Shown: piece by piece, positions 43,880-50,183 of the stretch
Numbering within the stretch: position 1 is the stretch's first letter
Layout of the letters: every line of letters starts with the position of its first letter
Origin: Candidatus Rokuibacteriota bacterium
GTDB taxonomy: Bacteria; Methylomirabilota; Methylomirabilia; Rokubacteriales; CSP1-6
Reading direction: 5' to 3'
NCBI GenBank assembly: GCA_003221595.1
Contig: QHSM01000014.1
Location: 1-50,183, forward strand
DNA length: 50,183 nt
Notes under the pieces: generated by a model
What the model was told of the DNA's origin: nothing
Databases searched by the model: none
Seen by the model: only the letters and a program-made list of their open reading frames with translations
Made by a program: the position numbers and the translations under genes

Positions 43880-44811
43880 TGCGCGCGGCCGCGCTCGGGA
43901 GCGGCGCCGTGGTCGTGCTGGGCTGGCCGTGGGCGGCGCCGCGCTACTTCGTCTTCCTGGCGAGCCTGATCGCGATCAACGCGATCGTGGCCATCGGGCT
44001 CAATCTCCTGACCGGCTACACCAACCAGCTCTCCTTCGGGCACGCCGGCTTCCTGGCGATCGGCGCCTACGCCGCGGCGCTCCTCACGATTCAGGCACCG
44101 CTCGTGCCCCTGCCGGCCACGCTCCTGGCGGCCGGGCTCGTGACGGCGGCGATGGGCCTGGCCCTCGGCGTGCCGTGTCTCCGGCTGGAAGGGCTCTACC
44201 TGGCGATGGCGACGCTCGCCTTCGGCTTCGTGGTGGTCGAGGCGATCCTGAACCTCGACTGGCTCACCCGCGGCAACGACGGTCTCCGCGTGCCGGCGGC
44301 GCGCATCGGGCCCTGGGCGCTGACGACCGACACCTCCCGCTACTACGTGGTCGTGACGGTCGCCGCGCTGCTGATCCTGGCGGCGCGCAACATCACGCGC
44401 ACCCGGACGGGGCGCGCGCTCCTGGCGGTGCGCGAGAGCGAGATCGCCGCGCAGGCGAGCGGCGTGCACCTGGCCGCCTACAAGACGCTCGCCTTCGTCG
44501 TCTCGGCCTTCTACACGGGCGTGGCCGGCGGGCTATTCGCGCTGGTGGTCGGGTTCCTCTCGCCCGATTCCTTCGACGTGTTCCTGTCGGTCGACTTCGT
44601 GGCCATGATCATCGTCGGAGGACTGGGATCGATTCTCGGCTCGGTGATGGGCGCGGCCGTCATCACGACGCTCAACGACTCGCTGGCGGGGTTTCAGAGC
44701 TACCGGCCGCTGGTCTTCGGCGCGATCCTGATCGTGTCCATGCTGTTCATGCCGGGCGGCATCGCGAGCGCCCTGCAAAAGATCCAGCCCCGACAAGGAG
44801 ACCGTGCATGA
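43879..44811 (+). CDS. livM: Branched-chain amino acid ABC transporter permease (LivM-type)
   Basis: 310 aa. IGLNLLTGYTNQLSFGHAGFLAIGAYAAA. ATG overlaps the upstream TGA (TGATG). Confidence 0.85.
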   Translation: MRAAALGSGAVVVLGWPWAAPRYFVFLASLIAINAIVAIGLNLLTGYTNQLSFGHAGFLAIGAYAAALLTIQAPLVPLPATLLAAGLVTAAMGLALGVPCLRLEGLYLAMATLAFGFVVVEAILNLDWLTRGNDGLRVPAARIGPWALTTDTSRYYVVVTVAALLILAARNITRTRTGRALLAVRESEIAAQASGVHLAAYKTLAFVVSAFYTGVAGGLFALVVGFLSPDSFDVFLSVDFVAMIIVGGLGSILGSVMGAAVITTLNDSLAGFQSYRPLVFGAILIVSMLFMPGGIASALQKIQPRQGDRA

Positions 44812-45968
44812 TCACCCGCTCGATCCTTCTCTTCTTGCTGGTCGTCGCGCTGAGCGTGAGCCGGGCCGCCGCCGAGCCGGGCGTCAGCGACACCGAGATC
44901 GTGATCGGCGGCTCGAACTCGTTCTCGGGCCCGCTGGCCTACACGGGCGAGCAGATCACGAAATTCGGCGTGGACCTCTACCTCCGGGTGGTCAACGACG
45001 CCGGCGGCATCCACGGGCGGAAGGTCCGGACCATCTACTACGACGACGGCTACCGCCCTCAGGATTCGGTCGCCAACACCAAGAAGCTCGTCGAGCAGGA
45101 CGGCGTGTTCGCGATCATCATCCCGCAGGGGTCACCGCCGGTGGTGGCGACGCTCGAGTACCTCGAGGAGCACAAGGTGCCGATGCTGTTCCCGTACCAG
45201 AGCTCGCCGGTGACGCGGGCCCGGCGCTACGTGTTCCAGGGCATGACGCTGAGCGACCGCTCGTCCCGGATGATGATCGACTATCTGGCCGGGACGCGGA
45301 AGTACAAGAAGTTCGCGGCCCTCTACCAGGACGACGAGTACGGGAAGTCGTTCCTGGCCGCGTTCGAAAAGGACCTCGGGCGGTTCGGGCTCAAGCTGAC
45401 CGCCGCCGAGTCGGTCAAGCGGGGCGTCACCGACGTGAGCGCGCAGATCGCGAAGCTCCACGCGGCCCGGCCCGAGGTGACGTTCCTCGTGCTGGTGCCG
45501 GGGCCGGCCGCGCAGGCGCTGCGCGAGCGCCAGAAGATCGGCTGGACCGACACCCTCATGGTCTCCACCGGTCCGCTCACCGACGAGAAGTACCTGGCGC
45601 TCGCCACCGACGCCGCGAACGGAGTCGAGGGCTTGTCGCTGTGGCCCGATCCGGCGACCTCCGACCTCCCGGGCGTCAAGCTCTACCGGGCGTACATGGT
45701 GAAGTACTTTCCCAAGAACGAGCCGAACCGGTACTCGCTCGCGGGGTACTTCGCCGGGATGCTCTTCACCGAAGCCGCGATGCGCGCGGGACGCAATCTG
45801 ACCCGGGAGTCCCTGATCACGGCGCTGGAATCCATCAAGGGATTCGAGAGCGGTATCCTTCCGCCGCTCACGATCGGCCGGGACCACGAGACGCAGAAGC
45901 AGGGGTTCTGGGTGCGCGTCGAGAAGGGACGCTTCACGCCGCTGACGGACTGGCTCAAGTCCGAGTAG
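44808..45968 (+). CDS. Periplasmic substrate-binding protein of the Liv-type ABC system (Peripla_BP_6-like)
   Basis: 386 aa. Signal peptide MITRSILLFLLVVALSVSRAAA, followed by IVIGGSNSFSGPLAYTG. AAGGAG is upstream. ATGA overlap with livM. Confidence 0.85.
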   Translation: MITRSILLFLLVVALSVSRAAAEPGVSDTEIVIGGSNSFSGPLAYTGEQITKFGVDLYLRVVNDAGGIHGRKVRTIYYDDGYRPQDSVANTKKLVEQDGVFAIIIPQGSPPVVATLEYLEEHKVPMLFPYQSSPVTRARRYVFQGMTLSDRSSRMMIDYLAGTRKYKKFAALYQDDEYGKSFLAAFEKDLGRFGLKLTAAESVKRGVTDVSAQIAKLHAARPEVTFLVLVPGPAAQALRERQKIGWTDTLMVSTGPLTDEKYLALATDAANGVEGLSLWPDPATSDLPGVKLYRAYMVKYFPKNEPNRYSLAGYFAGMLFTEAAMRAGRNLTRESLITALESIKGFESGILPPLTIGRDHETQKQGFWVRVEKGRFTPLTDWLKSE

Positions 45969-45973
45969 GCGCG

Positions 45974-46738
45974 GTGCTCGAGGTCGACGATCTCTCGATC
46001 AGCTTCGGCGGCCTCGACGCGCTGAGCGGGCTCGGGTTCAGCGTCGCGGAGCGCGAGATCTTCGCGCTGATCGGCCCCAACGGCGCGGGCAAGTCGACCG
46101 TCTTCAACGTGATCACCGGGCTCTACCGGCCCTCCCGCGGGCGCGTCGTGCTCGCCGGCGAGGACCTGCTCGCGCTCGCGTCGCACCAGGTCGCCCGGCG
46201 CGGCGTCGCCCGCACCTTCCAGAACACCGAGGTCTTCCGCCGGCTGTCGGCCCTCGACAACGTCCTGGTCGGCCGTCACGCCCACCTGCGCGCGGGCGCC
46301 ATTCGCGCCGCGTTGGGGCTGGGGGCGGTGAGACGGGAGGAGGCCGAAGCCCGCCGGTTCGCCCGGACCCTGCTGGCGCGATTCGGGCTCGAGGACGTCG
46401 CCGACACCGAGAGCGGCAGCCTTCCCCTCGGGCTTCAGAAGCGGCTCGAGATCGCGCGCGCGCTCGCCTCCGGGCCGCGCCTCGTGCTGCTCGACGAGCC
46501 GGCCGGCGGCCTCAACCAGACCGAGACGCAGACCCTGATGGAGATCATTCGCCGTCTCCGCGACGAGAGCGGCCTGACGATCGTGGTGGTCGAGCACGAC
46601 ATGGAGCTGGTCATGGGCATCTCCGACCGCGTGGCCGTTCTCGACCGCGGCCGCAAGATCGCCGAGGGCACGCCGCGTGAGATCGCGGCCGATGCCACGG
46701 TCGTCGAGGCGTACCTGGGAAGCGGGAGCGACGCGTGA
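45974..46738 (+). CDS. livG: Branched-chain amino acid ABC transporter ATP-binding protein (LivG-type)
   Basis: 254 aa. Walker A GPNGAGKST, the LGLQKRLEIARAL signature region, and Walker B LVLLDEPAGG. Confidence 0.9.
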   Translation: MLEVDDLSISFGGLDALSGLGFSVAEREIFALIGPNGAGKSTVFNVITGLYRPSRGRVVLAGEDLLALASHQVARRGVARTFQNTEVFRRLSALDNVLVGRHAHLRAGAIRAALGLGAVRREEAEARRFARTLLARFGLEDVADTESGSLPLGLQKRLEIARALASGPRLVLLDEPAGGLNQTETQTLMEIIRRLRDESGLTIVVVEHDMELVMGISDRVAVLDRGRKIAEGTPREIAADATVVEAYLGSGSDA

Positions 46739-47472
46739 GACCGGCCCTGGAGATCGACGATGTCGCCGTCTACTACGACAAGCGGCGGGCCCTCGAGGGC
46801 GTGACGCTGACGGTCGAGCGCGGGGAGATCGTCACCCTGCTGGGCGCGAACGGCGCGGGCAAGTCGACGACGCTGCGCGCCGTGTCGGGGCTCGTGCGAG
46901 CCGCGCGAGGACGTATCGTGTACGAGGGCCGCGACATCAGCCACGCGCCGGCCGACGCCATCGTGGCCGCCGGCGTCGGCCACGTCCCCGAGGGCCGCGA
47001 GATCTTCGGGGAATTCACGGTGCTGGAGAATCTTCTGGTCGGCGGGCACACCGTGCCGCGCCGCCAGATCGGGGAGCGGCTCGAGGAGGCCTTCCGGTTG
47101 TTTCCGGTGCTCCGGGAGCGCCGGCTTCAGGCGGCCGGCACCCTCTCCGGCGGCGAGCAGCAGATGCTCGCCATCGCCCGCGCCCTGATGCCCCGGCCGC
47201 GTCTGCTGTTGCTGGACGAGCCGTCGCTCGGCCTGGCGCCCTTGCTCTCGCGCGAGATCTTCGACGTGATCCGGCGCATCAACGCCGACGGCGTCTCCGT
47301 GCTGCTGGTCGAGCAGAACGCCCGCCGCGCCCTCGCGCTGGCGACCCGCGGCTACGTTCTCGAGACGGGCCGGCTGGTCGCGTCGGGGCCGAGCGCGGGG
47401 CTGGCGGCGGATCCGCGCGTCCGGCGCGCATACCTCGGCCTCGACGGCGCCCGCCGCGGCGCCGCCACCTAG
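46735..47472 (+). CDS. livF: Branched-chain amino acid ABC transporter ATP-binding protein (LivF-type)
   Basis: 245 aa. Walker A GANGAGKST, signature LSGGEQQMLAIARAL, and Walker B LLLLDEPSLG. GTGA overlap with livG. Confidence 0.9.
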   Translation: MRPALEIDDVAVYYDKRRALEGVTLTVERGEIVTLLGANGAGKSTTLRAVSGLVRAARGRIVYEGRDISHAPADAIVAAGVGHVPEGREIFGEFTVLENLLVGGHTVPRRQIGERLEEAFRLFPVLRERRLQAAGTLSGGEQQMLAIARALMPRPRLLLLDEPSLGLAPLLSREIFDVIRRINADGVSVLLVEQNARRALALATRGYVLETGRLVASGPSAGLAADPRVRRAYLGLDGARRGAAT

Positions 47473-47531
47473 CCGTCGCGCGGGCTTCTGGCGCGCCCCG
47501 TGCCCAGACGCTAGACTCGGTGACCGTGACG

Positions 47532-48803
47532 ATGTGGCAGCCCGATCTCGAGGCGCTCGAGCGCGATTCCCTCGAGGGCATCGTCGTCGAGCGCATGCGC
47601 GCGACGCTGGCCCGCGTCCTGACCGAGCCGGCGTGGGCGCGGCGGCTTCCCGACGTCGATCCCCGGGACATCGTGGGGATCGAGGACTGGCGAAAGCTGC
47701 CGTTCCTCACCAAGGACGAGCTGCGAGACGCGTACCCGTACGGGCTCGCGTGCGGCCGCGCCGGCGGCTACGTGCGGATCCAGATGTCGAGCGGGACCAC
47801 GGGGAACCCCATCCTGAATCCCTACACCGCCGCCGACGTGGCGCAATGGGGTGAGGTGATGGCGCGCTGCTACGTCACTGCGGGTGTCCGCCGGGACGAC
47901 GTCATCCAGATCACGCCCTCGTTCGGCCTCTTCACGGGCGGCTTCGGCTTTCACTACGGCGCCGAGCGGCTCGGCGCGATGGTGATCCCGACGGGCGCGG
48001 GCCGCACGGCGCTGCAGCTGCGGCTCATGCGCGACCTCAAGACGACCGTCGTCGCCGCGATCGCCACGTATCCCTTGCGGCTGATCGAGGCGGCGCGCGA
48101 GGAGCGGTTCGACCTCGATTCGCTGTCGCTGCGCGTCGGCATCTTCGGCTCGGAGATGTGGTCCGACGAGCTGCGGGCGCGCATCGAGGCCGAGCTTCGC
48201 ATCCGCACCTTCGACATCATCGGCATGACCGAGACCGGCGGGCCGGGGCTCGGCATCGACTGCGCGGCGCGCGCCGGCATCCACGTCTGGGAGGACCACT
48301 ATCACCCGGAGATCGTCGATCCGGTGTCCGGCGCCGCCGTACCCGACGGGGCCGAGGGCGAGCTGGTGGTGTCGACCTTGACCCGCGAGGGGTTGCCGCT
48401 GGTGCGGTACCGGACTCACGACCTGACGCGCGTCGTCTCGCGCGCCCGCTGCGACTGCGGACGGACCGCGCTCAGGCTCGACCGGTTGCGCGGGCGGGTG
48501 GACGACATGGTGATCTACAAGGGCATCAACTTCTACCCGCGCCAGATCGAGACGACGATCCTCCGCCACGCCGGCGTCGGCCACGAGTACCAGATCGTGC
48601 TCGACTCGGAAGGCGGCGGCGAGCGCATGACCGTCCACGTCGAGACCGAGCCGGCGTGCGATCCGGCGGTCGCCGCGCGGATCCGGCGCGAGCTCTCCGA
48701 GCTCCTGGCGTTGAGCGCGGACGTCCGCCTCCGCGCGGCCGGCGAGATCGAGCGGCCGCAGGGCAAGGCGGTGCGCGTCGTCGATCGCCGTCTCCGGCAG
48801 TGA
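47532..48803 (+). CDS. Phenylacetate-CoA ligase (PaaK)/F390-synthetase-family adenylate-forming enzyme
   Basis: 423 aa. FLTKDELRDAYPYGL, the AMP motif SSGTTGNP, GMTETGGPG, and YRTHD. An alternative GTG start lies at 47526. Confidence 0.85.
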   Translation: MWQPDLEALERDSLEGIVVERMRATLARVLTEPAWARRLPDVDPRDIVGIEDWRKLPFLTKDELRDAYPYGLACGRAGGYVRIQMSSGTTGNPILNPYTAADVAQWGEVMARCYVTAGVRRDDVIQITPSFGLFTGGFGFHYGAERLGAMVIPTGAGRTALQLRLMRDLKTTVVAAIATYPLRLIEAAREERFDLDSLSLRVGIFGSEMWSDELRARIEAELRIRTFDIIGMTETGGPGLGIDCAARAGIHVWEDHYHPEIVDPVSGAAVPDGAEGELVVSTLTREGLPLVRYRTHDLTRVVSRARCDCGRTALRLDRLRGRVDDMVIYKGINFYPRQIETTILRHAGVGHEYQIVLDSEGGGERMTVHVETEPACDPAVAARIRRELSELLALSADVRLRAAGEIERPQGKAVRVVDRRLRQ

Positions 48804-48825
48804 GCGCGCGGCGCCCGGAGCGCTG

Positions 48826-50004
48826 ATGGCGGGTGGGCTCCTGGCCGGTATCACCGTGCTCAGCCTCGAGCAGGCGACGACGCTGCCGTTCCTGACCTAT
48901 CGGCTCGCGTGCGACGGCGCGCGGGTCATCCGCATCGAGAACGCCGAGCGTCCGGATCCCAACCGGTTCGTCGGCCAGGACGTGCTCGGCGAGCCCGCCA
49001 TGCGCAGCTACTTCCTGCCGAACAACTGCGGCAAGGAGGCGATCACGCTGAACCTCGGCCATCCCGACGGTCGGGCCCTGCTGCACGAGCTGATCGGGAA
49101 GCTGCGGGTGGACGTGTTCGCGTCCAATCAGCGCTCGCGCAGCTACGCCCGTCTCGGCATCGAGCCCGGCCAGCTCCGCGCCGTGAAGCCCGATCTGATC
49201 TGGCTCGGGATCACCGGGTTCGGCCCGGACCACGACGAGGCGGCGTACGATCCGGTGCTCCAGGCGCGCGCCGGCTTCATGGAGCTGACCGGTGACGCCG
49301 CCGGATTTCCGATGGCCTTCGGCCTGCCGATGGTGGACCTGGGCGCGGCGGAGCACGGCTACAGCGAGGTGGTCAAGGCCCTGTACCGCCGCGCCACGAC
49401 GGGCGAGGGCGCGCGCATCGACGTGTCGATGCTGGCGAGCGCGGTGTCGTGGATGGTCGCGCCCCTGGCGCTGGCGGTGAGCCTCGGCGAGCCCGTCACG
49501 CGCAAGGGCAACCGCCACCAGTTCTTCGCCCCGGTCGACGTGCATCGCACGCGTGACGGCCACGTGTATCTGGCCGTGGGGAACGACCAGCAATGGGCGG
49601 CGCTGACGGCGCTCCCGCGCTTCGCGGCCCTGTCGCGGCCCGAGTATTCCGCCAACGCCGGCCGCATCGCCGACGTGGAGCGTTTGGGCCGCGAGCTGGC
49701 CGCCTGCTTCGCCGATCTCATGACCGACGAGGCGCTCGAGTCGCTGCGTCGCGCCGGCGTCCCGGTGTCCCGCGTCAACACGCTCCGCGACGTGGTGGCG
49801 GATCCCCTCGTCGCCGAGCGGCTCGTCGTGGTCACGGACCCGCGGTCGGGCCTCCGGCTGACGCTGCCACGGTCACCGGCAGGTGACCCGCCCGCGCTGA
49901 GCTTTCCGCCACGGCTCGGCGAGCACAATGAGAAGATCTACGGCGGGGCGCTTGGCCTGTCGGCCGAGCGGCTCGCCGAGCTGCGGCGGCGGCAAATCGT
50001 CTGA
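48826..50004 (+). CDS. Family III CoA-transferase (CaiB/BaiF), second copy
   Basis: 392 aa. LAGITVLSLEQATTLPFLTYRLACDGARVIRIE. Confidence 0.85.
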   Translation: MAGGLLAGITVLSLEQATTLPFLTYRLACDGARVIRIENAERPDPNRFVGQDVLGEPAMRSYFLPNNCGKEAITLNLGHPDGRALLHELIGKLRVDVFASNQRSRSYARLGIEPGQLRAVKPDLIWLGITGFGPDHDEAAYDPVLQARAGFMELTGDAAGFPMAFGLPMVDLGAAEHGYSEVVKALYRRATTGEGARIDVSMLASAVSWMVAPLALAVSLGEPVTRKGNRHQFFAPVDVHRTRDGHVYLAVGNDQQWAALTALPRFAALSRPEYSANAGRIADVERLGRELAACFADLMTDEALESLRRAGVPVSRVNTLRDVVADPLVAERLVVVTDPRSGLRLTLPRSPAGDPPALSFPPRLGEHNEKIYGGALGLSAERLAELRRRQIV

Positions 50005-50037
50005 GCGATCGCGGGGGGGTCGAGAGGAGGGCCACAC

Positions 50038-50183
50038 GTGAACGACATCTTCTATCTCGCGGAAGACCAGCGGATGATCCGCGATCTGGCCCGAAAGGTC
50101 GCTCGCGACCGCATCGCGCCGAACGCCGCCCAGTACGACGAGACCGAGAGCTATCCGACCGAGTCGATGCGCGCGCTGGTCGA
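50038..50183 (+). CDS. Acyl-CoA dehydrogenase, N-terminal fragment (continues beyond the window)
   Basis: GTG 50038 is preceded by GAGAGGAGGG. VNDIFYLAEDQRMIRDLARKVARDRIAPNAAQYDETESYP parallels the N-terminus of the ACAD at 25433. Confidence 0.75.
   Translation, partial: MNDIFYLAEDQRMIRDLARKVARDRIAPNAAQYDETESYPTESMRALV

Noticed and set aside
1-50183. CRISPR arrays, tRNA/rRNA/tmRNA genes, transposases, integrases, phage genes, long terminal inverted repeats, and toxin-antitoxin pairs.
   Set aside because: I found no spaced direct-repeat array, no cloverleaf-like or rRNA-like sequence in the few non-coding gaps, and no ORF with DDE, tyrosine- or serine-recombinase or phage motifs. This was a scan by eye only. 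A tRNAscan, Infernal and ISfinder run would be the decisive check.

Overview
This is a high-GC bacterial chromosomal window (by eye about 70% G+C, with third codon positions almost always G/C). It is densely coding. I call 52 CDS; most gaps are under 60 bp and many neighbours share 1-8 nt start/stop overlaps. I found no rRNA, tRNA, CRISPR array, transposase, integrase or phage gene. Taxon cannot be assigned from sequence alone; the mix of family-III CoA-transferases, hydantoinase/oxoprolinase pairs, PF04392-type binding proteins and CoxL-like Mo enzymes is typical of high-GC soil lineages. Layout: (1) 1-5.9 kb holds the end of a helicase-nuclease, a HugZ-like protein, EthD plus a TcuA-like flavoenzyme, a compact Fe-S DinG/XPD-like helicase and a Nudix hydrolase. 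(2) 6.1-10.5 kb is a minus-strand operon: form-II CoxL-like Mo subunit, ECF sigma factor, an inverted-Ada MGMT/Cys4-zinc protein, and an exported amidohydrolase. (3) 10.5-12.3 kb is a translationally coupled NHL-propeller / PhnZ-like HD / pterin carbinolamine dehydratase triad. (4) 12.3-20.9 kb holds a lytic transglycosylase, a zinc-ribbon gene, a CXXCH-HAMP-cyclase, and housekeeping or acyl-CoA genes including apt. (5) 20.9-25.2 kb holds an exported acetamidase/formamidase with a metal ABC binding protein and a long-tailed permease (no ATPase gene), plus a GT2 glycosyltransferase. (6) 25.4-50.2 kb is a same-strand catabolic supercluster headed by a HutC-type GntR regulator with a perfect GTCTAGAC operator. 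It contains HyuA/HyuB split by a periplasmic binding-protein gene, a beta-oxidation module, a split B12 mutase, a lone Mo-hydroxylase subunit, CoA-transferases, an opine-dehydrogenase-like enzyme, LivHMKGF and a PaaK-like ligase. I see no recognisable defence or mobile system. The candidates most worth follow-up are the sigma/inverted-Ada pair, the unassigned supercluster, an abrupt AT-rich rare-codon patch inside the mutase gene, and the unusual cyclase. All family calls come from motif recognition by eye. No database search was run.
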